Notes: generated from the letters alone by a model not told the origin. 64,000 nt of DNA from Burkholderiales bacterium (GCA_019747905.1 JAIEQG010000031.1:706-64705), one strand, 5' to 3'. Shown: positions 10,458-23,980, counted from the stretch's first letter. Numbers and translations are program-made.

Positions 10458-11627
10458 ATGCCGCGATCGTCCAATCGGCCGCGCAGTGCGGCGGGCAGCG
10501 AAACCAAGCGCCCGACCGGCAAACCGCGTGGCAAGCCGGCCCAGCCGCACCCTGCACCGCGCCCGAGCACCCGCAGCGAACCCGCGCGCCAGAACCGCGA
10601 CGGCGCGCCTGCGCGGACCACCCGACGCCGCCCGGACGAACCCGTCCCCGCGGGCCGGGCGCGCCCCGAACGCCCGGTCGTTCCGACCGCGCGCCGCAGC
10701 GCCGCTGCACCTCGCACCGAAACGGCGCCGCAGACACCCAGCGCTTCCCAGAAGCTGCAGAAGGTGCTGGCGCAGGCCGGCCTCGGCTCGCGCCGCGAGA
10801 TGGAGGAGCTGATCCAGGGCGGCAAGGTGCTGGTGAACGGACAACCGGCGACGCTCGGCATGCGCGTCGAGCCCGACGACGAGGTGAAGGTCGGCAGGCG
10901 GCAGATCCGCTTCAAGCTATCCGCACGCTTGCCGCGCGTGATCATTTACCACAAGCCGGAAGGTGAGATCGTCACCCGCAGCGATCCGCAAGGACGCACG
11001 AGCGTGTTCGAGAAGCTGCCCGTCATTCGCAGCGGCAAGTGGCTCGCCATCGGCCGCCTCGACTACAACACGTGCGGACTGCTCGTCTTCACGACTTCGG
11101 GCGAGCTCGCGAACCGCCTCACCCACCCACGCTTCGAAGTGGAGCGCGAGTACGCGGTCCGCATCATGGGCGAAGTGAACGACGAGCAGGGGCGGGCCAT
11201 GCTGCGCGGTGTGCAGCTGGACGATGGCGAAGCCCGGTTCGATCTGCTCGCCGCCCAGGGCGGTACCGGCAGCAATCACTGGTACCGCGTCGTCGTCCGC
11301 GAAGGCCGCAACCGGCTGGTGCGGCGCATGTTCGAGCACTTCGGCCTGCAGGTGAGCCGGCTCATGCGCGTGCGCTTCGGCATCATCAACCTGCCGCCGC
11401 GCCTCAAACGCGGGCAGCACCTCGAACTCACCGAAGCGCAGACCCGCAGCGTGCTGGAATGGCTCGCGCGCGGCGGCGAGCAGTTCGGCGACATCCCGCT
11501 GGCTCCACCGCCCGCCAAGCCGGCCAAACCCCCGGCCCGCGCGGCGCGGCCGGCCAAGAAGCCGTCACGCGCGCCGGCCCGGCCCGGCGGCACTACTTCC
11601 GGAAGACCTCGACGAAGGTCGCGTTGA
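10458..11627 (+). CDS. rluB: 23S rRNA pseudouridine synthase RluB family
   Basis: S4 domain KLQKVLAQAGLGSRRE, GRLDYNTCGL and EGRNR motifs; low-complexity Arg/Pro-rich termini. Confidence 0.88.
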   Translation: MPRSSNRPRSAAGSETKRPTGKPRGKPAQPHPAPRPSTRSEPARQNRDGAPARTTRRRPDEPVPAGRARPERPVVPTARRSAAAPRTETAPQTPSASQKLQKVLAQAGLGSRREMEELIQGGKVLVNGQPATLGMRVEPDDEVKVGRRQIRFKLSARLPRVIIYHKPEGEIVTRSDPQGRTSVFEKLPVIRSGKWLAIGRLDYNTCGLLVFTTSGELANRLTHPRFEVEREYAVRIMGEVNDEQGRAMLRGVQLDDGEARFDLLAAQGGTGSNHWYRVVVREGRNRLVRRMFEHFGLQVSRLMRVRFGIINLPPRLKRGQHLELTEAQTRSVLEWLARGGEQFGDIPLAPPPAKPAKPPARAARPAKKPSRAPARPGGTTSGRPRRRSR

Positions 11628-13197
11628 AGCCGTTGGCGATGTCGCCGATGCAGCCCGCGGCCACGGCAGTACCGTAACCGTCGGTACCGGCAAGCCCGAC
11701 GCTGACACCGCCCGTGTACGTCCCGCCCGTGCAGCCCACGCAGTTCACGGTCGAATAGTTGCCGAAGTAGTCGCCCAGACCGCCGCCGGCGTTGGGTCCG
11801 AGCATCGCGGTCACGTCGAACTTCTTGCCCAGCGCAGAGAGGAAGTCGATGGTCGCGCCGAAAGTCGCCTGCTGCGCACCGAAGTCGATGGTGAGCGATG
11901 CGTTGGTGACCGACCCGGTGTAGGCCTGGCCGCCGGAGTACGCCACGGCTCCCGGCCCGCCCGCGGGCGTGTAGGACACGATCCCGCTGGTCGGGAGGGC
12001 CTGCTGCACACCGGTGTTCACGTTGTTGGCGGTCGCGAACAACAGCGGAAAGCCGGTGAGAGTCTGGCCGTCGGACCCGGTGACCGTACCGCCCGCCCAG
12101 CGTCCCCACGTGACCACCGTGGACCCGTCCGTCAGGGTTCCTCGGTTGGTAATGGTGCCGCCGGCGATCGAACCGCTCACGCCCTGCGTGGACGTGAAGG
12201 CGATCAGGTTGCCGGCGCCGTCGTAGGTGCCTTCGGCCTCGCCGCCGAAATAGAAGTCGGTACCACCCGTGGGAAAGGGAAACGCCACGACGAACCCATC
12301 GCGCGGGGGCAGCACGTCCGGTGCGCCGGCAGCATTCTTGTCTTCGGTCGCCGAGGTCTGGACGGCCCCGGCCGGAATGGGATTGGGCACGGTAGGCGGG
12401 CCGATGCGGATTGGTATCGGGCTCAATATCGGATCCGCAGTGACGACGGTGAGCGGCGGATCCGTCCTCGCCTCCGATGCCGCAGTGATCGATCCCTCAT
12501 CGGTTTTCGCTGTCTCCGTCTTCGCGCTCTGCGATTGATTCGGCCCCCGCTTCTGACCTTCCAGACGATCGGCCAGGAACGCCGGAGGCACCAGGAGCTT
12601 CTCCACGCCGACATCGGGGCGCGGCGCAAAGAACGCCTCGCCCGCGATGAACTCGAACGCGCCCTTGTTGTTGCTTGCCGCCACCTTGCCCTCGGTGACC
12701 GCGCCATACAGACCATCCTTGGCCGCGGTGCCGTTGGCGTTGATGCACGAACCCGCCTCGCACAGTGCGAGCGAATAGGCCGTGCCACGGATGCCGATGG
12801 TCGCGACCGACGTGCGCACTTCGTAGTTCGCCCGGTTGGTCTTGCCGATCAATCCGCTGATGGTGCGGAAGCCGCCCTTCAGCAGCCGGTAGAAGGCCCG
12901 TTCGCTGCCGTCCTGCTGGCCGCTGAAGCGATACTGGTCGATGGCGAGGGTGGTGCGTTCCTTCAGCGCGACCACGCTTTCGTCGGTCATGCGGACCTGG
13001 AGGTTGCTGCCGGTGCCGGTGCGCAGCACGTCGCGATCGTTGATCGGCGCCCCTGCCGCGAGCTTCACTTCCTTGCCGTCGCGAACCGCGACTGCGTCGC
13101 CCGCAGCCATGAGCACCCGACCTGCCGCTGCCTGAGCCATGGCCGGCACCAGCAGCACGAGGGCGATCGGGAGCCCAAAGCGAGAACTGAACTTCAT
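11593..13197 (-). CDS. Secreted FecR-domain protein with a C-terminal TbpB-like beta-rich domain
   Basis: Signal peptide ending AQA-A, FecR-like motifs (LRTG, LLKGGFRTISG, TSVATIGIRGT), Pro-rich linker, and a Gly/Thr-rich beta C-terminus (LPTSG..Y..LTIDFG). Confidence 0.8.
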   Translation of the reverse strand: MKFSSRFGLPIALVLLVPAMAQAAAGRVLMAAGDAVAVRDGKEVKLAAGAPINDRDVLRTGTGSNLQVRMTDESVVALKERTTLAIDQYRFSGQQDGSERAFYRLLKGGFRTISGLIGKTNRANYEVRTSVATIGIRGTAYSLALCEAGSCINANGTAAKDGLYGAVTEGKVAASNNKGAFEFIAGEAFFAPRPDVGVEKLLVPPAFLADRLEGQKRGPNQSQSAKTETAKTDEGSITAASEARTDPPLTVVTADPILSPIPIRIGPPTVPNPIPAGAVQTSATEDKNAAGAPDVLPPRDGFVVAFPFPTGGTDFYFGGEAEGTYDGAGNLIAFTSTQGVSGSIAGGTITNRGTLTDGSTVVTWGRWAGGTVTGSDGQTLTGFPLLFATANNVNTGVQQALPTSGIVSYTPAGGPGAVAYSGGQAYTGSVTNASLTIDFGAQQATFGATIDFLSALGKKFDVTAMLGPNAGGGLGDYFGNYSTVNCVGCTGGTYTGGVSVGLAGTDGYGTAVAAGCIGDIANGFNATFVEVFRK

Positions 13198-13208
13198 GAC
13201 AACCTCCA

Positions 13209-14555
13209 TCAGCGGTGGTCGTACCGCAGTTTGAGCAGTGCGACGTTGCGGGCGTATTGGTACAGCTCGAGATTGGAATCGTTGCGTGCGGCGATGAGAT
13301 CCAGGCGCAGGCTCAGCGCATCGGTGAAGCTGTAGCTGCCACCCAGCTCGAGCGCCTGGTACAGGTCGCGGCGGCGGGTGGCGAGGAACGCGTCGGGTTC
13401 CAGGTATTCGCTGCGCTGAACGCTGAGCGCCCCGTACAGGCCGGTCTTCGCAGTCGGTGTGAGCACCAGGCCCAGGCGGCCGCCGTACAGATCGCGCCCG
13501 AGGTCGTCGCGATTGCGGATGTTGGCCTCGCGCCCCAGGTTCGCGGTGGCGTTGAGAGTGGGTTTCCAGGCACCGGAAAACACCTTGCGGACCCCAGCGC
13601 CGGCGCTGTAGAAGTCGGCATCGCGCACCGCGTTCGTTCCCATGTAGGCAATGCGTGCGTACTGGCCGAAGACGTTGGTAGTCCAGCTCTCGCTCAACTG
13701 GTGATACCACTCGCCCGTGGCACCGAAGATGTCGCGGAAGCGCTCCTGATCGAGCCGCAGTTCGGTGGCCGACAGCGATGCACGGATCAGATCGCGGTCC
13801 TTCTGCCAGACGCCGCCGCCGAAGCCGGTGACGTTCAACTGGTCGAAGACGTCCAGACGATGGTAGAAGCGCGAATCCACCGATCCGCCCACGAACGCGC
13901 TCCAGCGCTGCGACAGGGGAACGTTGATCTGGCCGCCTGCGCCGACCAGCGCGAAGCCATCGTCGGTCTTGACCCCGGCGGGTGCCACCACCACGGGCCC
14001 GAACAGCGGCAAGGTGATGTTGCCGCTCGACACGCCGCCGTTGACGTTGGAGTCGTAGCCATAGCCCGCTTCCGCGTAGCCCGTGAAGCGGGTGCGATAG
14101 CGGTTCTCCCGCGCCTTGATGGCCTCCTCGAAGCGCGCGATGTTGGCGCGCACGGAAGCCGGCGGGTTCGCCTTCAACACGCCATCGAACTCTTCGCGCG
14201 CCCGGGCGTCCTCACCCATCATGAAGTAGCCACGAGCGAGTTCGAGCCGCGCGTTGAGATTGTTCGGGTAGGTGATGACGTAGCGTTCCAGCGCCAGCGT
14301 GCCTTCGCCCGGATGGCCCGCGTCGATCGCGGCGACGCCGTAGTAGAAATCGAAGGCCGGGTTGCCGAGCTGATCCGGATAGCGGCGTCCGCGCGCATAG
14401 GCTTCCTTGGCCTGGCCCCGTTCCACCAGCTGGCGCAGCTCTTCGGCCGGGGTCGCAGCCAGCGCCGGGGCGACACCCTGGGTCAGCAGGAAGAAGAGCG
14501 CCAATACAAAGAGATAGGCACTGCTCCCGGAAAACACCAGGAAAGGCCTCGACAA
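13209..14555 (-). CDS. TPR plus outer-membrane beta-barrel protein (Slam/DUF560-like)
   Basis: Signal peptide (APALA), TPR (ALERYVITYPNNLNARLELARGYF), GYGYDSNVN barrel start and amphipathic strands ending LRYDHR. Start uncertain (TTG 14555). Confidence 0.75.
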   Translation of the reverse strand: MSRPFLVFSGSSAYLFVLALFFLLTQGVAPALAATPAEELRQLVERGQAKEAYARGRRYPDQLGNPAFDFYYGVAAIDAGHPGEGTLALERYVITYPNNLNARLELARGYFMMGEDARAREEFDGVLKANPPASVRANIARFEEAIKARENRYRTRFTGYAEAGYGYDSNVNGGVSSGNITLPLFGPVVVAPAGVKTDDGFALVGAGGQINVPLSQRWSAFVGGSVDSRFYHRLDVFDQLNVTGFGGGVWQKDRDLIRASLSATELRLDQERFRDIFGATGEWYHQLSESWTTNVFGQYARIAYMGTNAVRDADFYSAGAGVRKVFSGAWKPTLNATANLGREANIRNRDDLGRDLYGGRLGLVLTPTAKTGLYGALSVQRSEYLEPDAFLATRRRDLYQALELGGSYSFTDALSLRLDLIAARNDSNLELYQYARNVALLKLRYDHR

Positions 14556-14598
14556 CGCGTCGATGGCACCCCGGGTGACGGGTGGCGACAGGCCTGCC

Positions 14599-15513
14599 TC
14601 AGGCGGGCAGTTCTTCCCGGCGCAAAAGGAAGACGAACTCGTCCCCGGCGTGGGTTTCCAGCCAGGTGAAAGGGACGGTGGGGTACGCCGTTTCGAGGGC
14701 GCCCCGGTTGTGCCCGATCTCGACGACAAGCAATCCTCCGGATGCCAGGTGCATTGGAGCCTGTTTCAGCAGCTTGCGTACCAGATCGAGCCCATCGGTA
14801 CCGCCGGCCAGCGCCAGGGCAGGCTCATGGCGGTACTCCCGCGGCAGCGCCGCCATGGCGGCGGCGTCCACGTAGGGCGGATTGGACACGATGAGGTCGT
14901 ACTGCCGGTCGGCGAGGCCGCTCATCAGGTCGGACTGCAGCAGCTCGATGCGGTCCCCGAGCCCGTAGTCCCCGACGTTGACGCGGGCGACTTCGAGGGC
15001 ATCCACGGAAATGTCGCTACCGTGCACCCGCGCGTTCGGAAAGGCCTCGGCGAGCAGGATCGCGAGGCAGCCTGACCCCGTGCACACGTCGATCGCCGAG
15101 GCGACGGTCTCCGGGTCTGTCACCCACGGTGCGAGACCGTCACGCAGCAGATCGGCGATGAACGACCGGGGAATCAGCACGCGCTCGTCCACATGGAATC
15201 GATAGTCCCCGAGCCACGCTTCCTGCGTGAGGTAAGGGGAGGGGATGCGTTCCTCCGCGCGACGGCGCAGGATCTCCACGATCGCCGCGATCTCTTCGCG
15301 CGTCAGGCGTGCGTCGAGGTACTGCTCGAAATCGGCGTGCGGCAGATCGAGCGCCCAGCCGAGCAGGTAGGCAGCCTCGGCGCGGGCATCGGGAAAACCG
15401 TGACCGAAGGCGAGATCGTTTGCCCGGAACCGCGTAACGGCAAAGCGCAGCAGATCGCGGATCGTGCCGAGCTGCGCGGCCGCGTCGACATAGGGGTCGG
15501 GCGGTTGCCCCAT
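14599..15513 (-). CDS. prmB: 50S ribosomal protein L3 glutamine methyltransferase
   Basis: FGHG, VDERVLIPRSFI, DVCTGSGC and SNPPY motifs. Confidence 0.95.
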   Translation of the reverse strand: MGQPPDPYVDAAAQLGTIRDLLRFAVTRFRANDLAFGHGFPDARAEAAYLLGWALDLPHADFEQYLDARLTREEIAAIVEILRRRAEERIPSPYLTQEAWLGDYRFHVDERVLIPRSFIADLLRDGLAPWVTDPETVASAIDVCTGSGCLAILLAEAFPNARVHGSDISVDALEVARVNVGDYGLGDRIELLQSDLMSGLADRQYDLIVSNPPYVDAAAMAALPREYRHEPALALAGGTDGLDLVRKLLKQAPMHLASGGLLVVEIGHNRGALETAYPTVPFTWLETHAGDEFVFLLRREELPA

Positions 15514-15514
15514 G

Positions 15515-17831
<2,317 letters not shown>

Positions 17832-17953
17832 GGAACTTCTCCCGGTGCGGTACTTGGTTTCAACAGCGCGGCGGATCGCCTGCTGCCAGCACCTGGAGGG
17901 CAGTGCGCCCCAGCTTCGCTGGCCGCTGCTCCTGCACGGTTGCCGACATCGTC

Positions 17954-18775
17954 CTAATCCCCGCGCAAGAGTTCGTTGATGCTGGTCTTCGCGCGCGTCT
18001 TCGCGTCCACCTGTTTCACGATGACCGCGCAGTACAGGCTCACCTTGCCGTCGGCCGAGGGCAGGTTGCCCGAGACCACCACCGATCCCGGCGGGATGCG
18101 GCCGTAGCTCACTTCGCCCGTCGCGCGGTTGTAGATCTTCGTGCTCTGCCCGATGTAGACGCCCATCGAGATCACCGACCCGGCGCCCACGATCACGCCC
18201 TCCACCACCTCCGAGCGAGCGCCGATGAAACAGTCGTCCTCGATGATGGTCGGATTGGCCTGGATCGGTTCGAGCACGCCGCCGATGCCGACTCCGCCGG
18301 ACAGGTGCACGTTCTTGCCGATCTGCGCGCAGGAACCCACGGTTGCCCAGGTGTCCACCATCGTGGATTCGTCCACGTACGCCCCGATGTTCACGAACGA
18401 CGGCATCAGCACCACGTTCTTTGCGATGAAGGAACCCTTGCGGACCACCGCGTTGGGTACCACCCGGAAGCCGCCGGCCCGGAAATCTCCATCGCCGTAA
18501 TCGGCAAATTTCGGGGCGACTTTATCGAAGTAGTTGGTGTAGCCGTCGCGGATGACGGCGTTGTCCGCGAGGCGGAACGACAGCAGCACCGCCTTCTTGA
18601 TCCACTGGTGGGTCACCCAGTCGCCGCCCTGTTTCTCGGCCACCCGGAGCCGGCCGGCATCCAGGCCGGCGATGACCTCGCCCACCGCCTGCTTGAGTGG
18701 GGCGGGGGCGGAACCGGGATTGATGGCGGCGCGGTTCTCCCACGCTTCTTCGATGATTTTCTGCAGGTCGGACAT
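17954..18775 (-). CDS. dapD: Tetrahydrodipicolinate N-succinyltransferase
   Basis: [23 protein letters not shown] and KTSINELLR motifs; start [13 protein letters not shown]. Confidence 0.97.
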   Translation of the reverse strand: MSDLQKIIEEAWENRAAINPGSAPAPLKQAVGEVIAGLDAGRLRVAEKQGGDWVTHQWIKKAVLLSFRLADNAVIRDGYTNYFDKVAPKFADYGDGDFRAGGFRVVPNAVVRKGSFIAKNVVLMPSFVNIGAYVDESTMVDTWATVGSCAQIGKNVHLSGGVGIGGVLEPIQANPTIIEDDCFIGARSEVVEGVIVGAGSVISMGVYIGQSTKIYNRATGEVSYGRIPPGSVVVSGNLPSADGKVSLYCAVIVKQVDAKTRAKTSINELLRGD

Positions 18776-18791
18776 GGGAGGCGGGCTCGCT

Positions 18792-19988
18792 CTAGCGGGG
18801 TTGGGAAAGGAATCGGCCGAGGCGCTGGGCGGCCTCGGTGCATTCTTCGGGCGGGGCGACCAGCGCGATGCGGACGAAACGCGCCCCGGGGTTGACGCCA
18901 TGGGCCTCGCGCGCGAGGTAACTCCCTGGCAGGACAGTGACATTATATTGTTCGAGCAGTGCCCGGGCGAAGCGGGTGTCGTCGTCGGGCGTCGGCATCC
19001 ACAGGTAGAAGGCCGCATCGGGCATGCGCGCACCGGCACCGGGGGGCAGCAGGGCGGTGACCGTTTCGAACTTTTCGCGGTAGAGGCGGCGGTTCTCCAC
19101 GACGTGCGCTTCGTCGTTCCAGGCGGCCTCGCTCGCCGCCTGCACGGCCAGGCTCATGGCGCTGCCGTGGTACGTACGGTACAGGAGGAAGGATTTCAGT
19201 ACCGCACGATCGCCCGCGACATAGCCCGATCGCATCCCCGGCACGTTCGAACGCTTGGACAGGCTCCCGAAGACCACCAGTCGCGGGAAGCCGCTGCGGC
19301 CCAGCCGGGTCGCGGCTGCCAACGCGCCGAGCGGCGCCGCGCCCTCCTCGAAGTAGATCTCCGAATAGCACTCGTCGGACGCGATCACGAATCCGTACCG
19401 GTCCGACAGCTCGAACAGCGTCCGCCACTCGTCGAGCGACATCACGCGGCCCGTGGGATTTCCCGGGGAACAGACGTAGATGAGCTGCGTGCTCTTCCAG
19501 ACCGCCTCCGGTACCGAACCGTAGCCGCACGCGAACCCGTCCTCCGGCACCTGGTTCAGGAAGTACGGCCGGGCGCCGGCCAGCAGCGCCGCCCCCTCGT
19601 AGATCTGGTAGAAGGGATTGGGAATCACGACCACTGGGTCGGACTGTGTCCGATCGACGACAGTCTGTGCGAAAGCGAACAGCGCTTCGCGGCTGCCGTT
19701 GACCGGGAGAACCTCGGTGGTCGGGTCGATTGCCGGCAGTTCGTACCGGCGCTGGAGCCAGGCGGCGATGGCCTCGCGCAGCGTCGGCCGCCCTGCCGTC
19801 GCCGGATAGGCGGCAAGCCCGCTCAAGCCCCGGGTCAGGGCCTCGAGAATGAACGGCGGTGTCGCGTGCTTGGGCTCGCCGATGGAAAGGTTGATCGGGC
19901 GCAGCGCCGGATTCGGAACCACACCTTCGAACAGCGTGGCGAGCTTCTGGAACGGGTAGGGCTGGAGCCGCTTGAGATCGGGATTCAT
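18792..19988 (-). CDS. dapC: Succinyldiaminopimelate transaminase
   Basis: [23 protein letters not shown] and SLSKRSN (PLP lysine); upstream of dapD. Confidence 0.93.
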   Translation of the reverse strand: MNPDLKRLQPYPFQKLATLFEGVVPNPALRPINLSIGEPKHATPPFILEALTRGLSGLAAYPATAGRPTLREAIAAWLQRRYELPAIDPTTEVLPVNGSREALFAFAQTVVDRTQSDPVVVIPNPFYQIYEGAALLAGARPYFLNQVPEDGFACGYGSVPEAVWKSTQLIYVCSPGNPTGRVMSLDEWRTLFELSDRYGFVIASDECYSEIYFEEGAAPLGALAAATRLGRSGFPRLVVFGSLSKRSNVPGMRSGYVAGDRAVLKSFLLYRTYHGSAMSLAVQAASEAAWNDEAHVVENRRLYREKFETVTALLPPGAGARMPDAAFYLWMPTPDDDTRFARALLEQYNVTVLPGSYLAREAHGVNPGARFVRIALVAPPEECTEAAQRLGRFLSQPR

Positions 19989-20202
19989 GGTCCGCCGTGG
20001 AACCGCAGCGCGAGGCGCTTCACGCGCGCGAAAAGTCCGGGATTATAGGAGGCGATGCGCGGCCGCGCTGTGTTTTCGGCGGAGGCAATTCGGTTACAAT
20101 CCGGTGCGCAACTCGCATCAACGCCTGGCCCGGCAACGGCGCCGGGCGCTTGATTTTTTGGCCGCTCATTTTTTCGTATCCCGCTCCCGAACGGGCTCGT
20201 CC

Positions 20203-23200
20203 GTGCGCCTCACCCACATCAAGCTCGCTGGTTTCAAGTCCTTCGTAGATCCCACGCACGTCGCTCTGCCGGGACAGCTGATTGGGGTGGTCGGCCCCAA
20301 TGGCTGCGGCAAGTCGAACGTCATCGATGCGGTGCGCTGGGTCCTCGGTGAATCGTCCGCCAAGCACCTGCGCGGCGAGAGCATGGACGACGTGATCTTC
20401 AACGGCTCCGGCGAGCGCAAGCCGGTGGGCCGCGCGAGCGTCGAACTGGTGTTCGACAACAGCCTGGGCAAGGCCGCCGGCGCCTGGTCCCAGTACGCGG
20501 AGATCTCGATCAAGCGCGTGCTGGAACGTGACAGCGGCTCGACCTACTTCATCAACAACACGTCGGTGCGGCGGCGCGACGTCGCCGACATCTTCCTCGG
20601 CACCGGGCTCGGCGCGCGCGCCTACGCCATCATCGAACAGGGCATGATCTCGCGCATCGTCGAGGCCAAACCCGAGGAGCTGCGCATCTTCCTGGAAGAA
20701 GCTGCCGGGGTGTCCAAGTACCGCGAGCGGCGCAAGGAAACCGAGGCACGGCTCGACGACACCAAGGAGAACCTGCTGCGCGTGGACGACATCCGACGCG
20801 AACTGCAGGGGCAGATCACGCACCTGGAAGCCCAGGCCGAGGCCGCCGAGAAGTATCGTTCCCTCGAGGCGGAGCTGCGCCGGACGCAGCAGCTCCTGTG
20901 GTTGATCCGCAAGCAGGACGCCGCGACGCAGCGGACCAGGCTGGCGCGCGAAGTCGAGCAGTTGACCGTGGACATCGAACAGGCCGGTGCGGCGCTGCGC
21001 GACGCGGAAAAGCGCCTCGAAACCCTGCGCGAAGGTCACTTCGCCGCGTCGGATGCCGTCCACGCCGCCCAAGGCCAGCTCTACGAAAGCAATGCCGAGC
21101 TGGCGCGCATCGAGCAGGAACTCGCCTTCCTGCGCACCAACCGCCAGCGTGCCGAGGCACGCGCCGGCGAGTTGCGCACCCAGATCGCCGACGAGGACCA
21201 GCGTCATGCCGATCTCGAGCGCACGCTGACGGACACCCGGGCTCAGTTGGCGTCCGTCACCGACGAGGTGGTCCGGCGCCGCGAGGCCCTGGCCGAAATC
21301 CAGCAGCAGTTGCCCGCTGCCGAGCAGGCCTATCGCGATGCGCGCACGGAATCCGAGCGCCTGCAGCAGGCGCTGGCGGAAACGCGGCGCAGCCTCGAAG
21401 TCGCCTCGACCCGGCGCGAGCATGCCGAAAAGCTGGTGGCCCAGCTCGAGGCCCGCAACCAGCGCCTCGCGGAGGAACGCGAAGCACTCGTGATGCCGGA
21501 CACCGACGCCCTCGAACAACTGCAGACCGACGCGCTCGCACTGGATGACGAAATCGCGGCCCTGCGCCAGCGTCAGACCGACGCCGAACAGGCTCTGCCG
21601 GGCCTCGAGCAGCGCTTCCGCGACGCCACCCAGGGCGTGGAAGTGCTGCGCCAGAAACTGGCTTCGGTCGAAGCACGCCGCCATGCCCTGGTCGGATTGC
21701 AGCAACAGGTGGGGTCGAGCGAGCAGATGGCCGCGTGGCTCGGCCAGCACGGCCTGTCGGAGCGCCCGCGCCTGTGGCAGCACATCCACGTGGACAACGG
21801 CTGGGAGGACGCGCTCGAAGCGGTGTTGCGCGAGCGTCTCAACGCGATCGCGGTGCAGGATCCGGGCACTCTCACCGACTGGTTCGGTGCCTCACCGCCC
21901 GGCAAGCTCGCGATCTATCGGACCGGGCAGACCGAGGCCGCCGAGCCTGCAGCCCCCCCGGCGGGTACCGTGCGGCTGCTGGACCGCGTGTCCTCGGCCG
22001 ACGCGGTCGTCAAGGCGGTGCTGCGTGAATGGCTCGATCGGGTCTACGCGGTCGACTCGGCTGCCACGGCCCTCGGTATCGCCGAGCGCCTCGGCCCCGG
22101 CGAGATGGTCGTCACCCGCGACGGGCACATGTTCACGGCGCACAGCGTCGGCTTTCACGCCGCGGATTCCGAAATCCACGGTCTGCTCGAGCGCAAGGAG
22201 GAGATCGAACAGCTCGAGGCCGAGGTTCCCCACCTCGAAGCGGAATTGGCCGAACAGCGCAGCCGGTTGTCCGATGCCGAGGTCGAATTGTCCGAACAGC
22301 GCAGCGCACTCGATCGCCTGCGCGGCGAGATTACCGACCTGTCCGAACGCCGGCACGAGATCGAACTCGAGGAGGTGCGCGCGTCCCAGGCAGTCGAGCG
22401 CGCGCGCGAACGGCATGATCAGATCGATCGCGAGCTGGCCGAGATCGCCGGCGAGCGCGAGCAGGAGCACGAAGCCCTGCAAACGGCGCTCGAATCGCTC
22501 GGCACGCTCGACGCCGCGATCGCGGACCTGCAAGCCCAGGTGGCCGATGCCACCGAGCGCGACCGCGCTGCGGAGATCGAACTCGGTTCGGTGCGCGAGC
22601 GGGTGCTGCGCGCCGAACGCGATCATCAGGAGGCACAGTTCGGCGAGCGTACGGCGCAACACCGCATCGGCGAGCTCGAACGCACGCTGGCCGGCATCGC
22701 CGAGCAACTCAACCGCGCGCGTACCGGACTCGCCCAGGCGGAGACGGAAGTGGCGGGCTTCGACGAAGCGCCCATCACCGAGCGGCTGCAAGGCGTGCTC
22801 GCGCTCAAGGTGGAGCGCGAAGCCGCGCTGGCGGGTGCCCGCGACAGCCTCGCCGAAGCCGAGACGGTATTGCGCAGCACCGAGCAGGAACGACTGTCCG
22901 CGGAACAGCGCCTCGAGCCGATGCGCAACCGCATCGGCGACCTCAAGTTGAAGGAGCAGGAAGCACGGCTCAACGAGGAGAGCTACGCCCAGCAGCTGGC
23001 GGAGGCCAAGGCCGACGAGGCCGAGCTTCTGGGGTCGGTGGAGAAGGCACCACGTCCGAATGCTTTGCAGGGCGACATCAACCGCCTGAACGAAGAGATC
23101 GCAGCGCTGGGCGCCGTCAACCTGGCCGCCCTGGATGAACTGGCCACGGCGCGCGAGCGCAACGGCTATCTCGAGACGCAGTCGGCCGACCTCAACGAAG

Positions 23201-23727
23201 CCATGAACACGCTGCTCGACGCGATCCGCCGCATCGACCGCGAAACGCGCGAACGGCTGCGCGCCACCTTCGACGAGGTGAACAAGAACCTCGGCGAGAT
23301 GTTCCCGGCGCTGTTCGGCGGTGGCGAGGCGAAGCTCGTGATGACCGGCGAGGAAATCCTCGACAGCGGCGTGCAGATCGTGGCCCGCCCGCCCGGCAAG
23401 AAGAATTCGTCGATTCACCTGCTGTCCGGCGGCGAGAAGGCGCTGACCGCGGTGTCGCTGGTATTCTCGCTGTTCCGCCTGAACCCGGCGCCGTTCTGCC
23501 TGCTGGACGAGGTCGACGCGCCGCTCGACGACAGCAATACCGGACGTTTCTGCGAGCTCGTGAAGAAAATGGCCGATCAGACCCAGTTCATCTTCATCAG
23601 CCACAACAAGATCACCATGGAAATGGCCGATCAGCTGATCGGGGTGACGATGCCGGAGCTCGGGGTGTCGCGGGTGGTGGCCGTGGACATCGAGGAAGCG
23701 CTCAAGTTGCGGGAGGAGGCTGCTTGA
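20203..23727 (+). CDS. smc: Chromosome segregation protein SMC
   Basis: GFKSF, GPNGCGKSN, long coiled coils with hinge, LSGGEK and LDEVDAPLD; GTG start. Confidence 0.97.
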   Translation: MRLTHIKLAGFKSFVDPTHVALPGQLIGVVGPNGCGKSNVIDAVRWVLGESSAKHLRGESMDDVIFNGSGERKPVGRASVELVFDNSLGKAAGAWSQYAEISIKRVLERDSGSTYFINNTSVRRRDVADIFLGTGLGARAYAIIEQGMISRIVEAKPEELRIFLEEAAGVSKYRERRKETEARLDDTKENLLRVDDIRRELQGQITHLEAQAEAAEKYRSLEAELRRTQQLLWLIRKQDAATQRTRLAREVEQLTVDIEQAGAALRDAEKRLETLREGHFAASDAVHAAQGQLYESNAELARIEQELAFLRTNRQRAEARAGELRTQIADEDQRHADLERTLTDTRAQLASVTDEVVRRREALAEIQQQLPAAEQAYRDARTESERLQQALAETRRSLEVASTRREHAEKLVAQLEARNQRLAEEREALVMPDTDALEQLQTDALALDDEIAALRQRQTDAEQALPGLEQRFRDATQGVEVLRQKLASVEARRHALVGLQQQVGSSEQMAAWLGQHGLSERPRLWQHIHVDNGWEDALEAVLRERLNAIAVQDPGTLTDWFGASPPGKLAIYRTGQTEAAEPAAPPAGTVRLLDRVSSADAVVKAVLREWLDRVYAVDSAATALGIAERLGPGEMVVTRDGHMFTAHSVGFHAADSEIHGLLERKEEIEQLEAEVPHLEAELAEQRSRLSDAEVELSEQRSALDRLRGEITDLSERRHEIELEEVRASQAVERARERHDQIDRELAEIAGEREQEHEALQTALESLGTLDAAIADLQAQVADATERDRAAEIELGSVRERVLRAERDHQEAQFGERTAQHRIGELERTLAGIAEQLNRARTGLAQAETEVAGFDEAPITERLQGVLALKVEREAALAGARDSLAEAETVLRSTEQERLSAEQRLEPMRNRIGDLKLKEQEARLNEESYAQQLAEAKADEAELLGSVEKAPRPNALQGDINRLNEEIAALGAVNLAALDELATARERNGYLETQSADLNEAMNTLLDAIRRIDRETRERLRATFDEVNKNLGEMFPALFGGGEAKLVMTGEEILDSGVQIVARPPGKKNSSIHLLSGGEKALTAVSLVFSLFRLNPAPFCLLDEVDAPLDDSNTGRFCELVKKMADQTQFIFISHNKITMEMADQLIGVTMPELGVSRVVAVDIEEALKLREEAA

Positions 23728-23815
23728 AGCAACGCTGCCCCCTCCTGCGGAGCGCGCGCCGGCCTGCATGGCGGCGCCGTTCGGCCGGCTCGCTGCATGC
23801 AGCTCGAAACCCCTG

Positions 23816-23903
23816 CCTCACCCCTAACCCTCCCCCAGCACAGCTGGGTGAGGGGATGTACACCCCTTCCCCCAGCTGTGCTGGGGGAAGGCTGGGATGG
23901 GGG
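23816..23903. repeat. REP-like composite palindrome, similar architecture to 7661-7745
   Basis: CCTCACCCC...CCCCCAGCACAGCTGGG...CCCAGCTGTGCTGGGGG...GGATGGGGG nested inverted repeats in the smc-zipA gap. Confidence 0.7.
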
Positions 23904-23980
23904 CCCGCCGTACCGAAATCCCGTCCCGACCCGCACCCTCTCGGAGACAGCACCGCCTGACCGGCGGGGGCCGCCGCACG

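Noticed and set aside
13198-13710. 705-aa version of the FecR-domain ORF
   Set aside because: The upstream part overlaps the barrel gene out of frame; RBS GGAGG and a signal peptide support ATG 13197.
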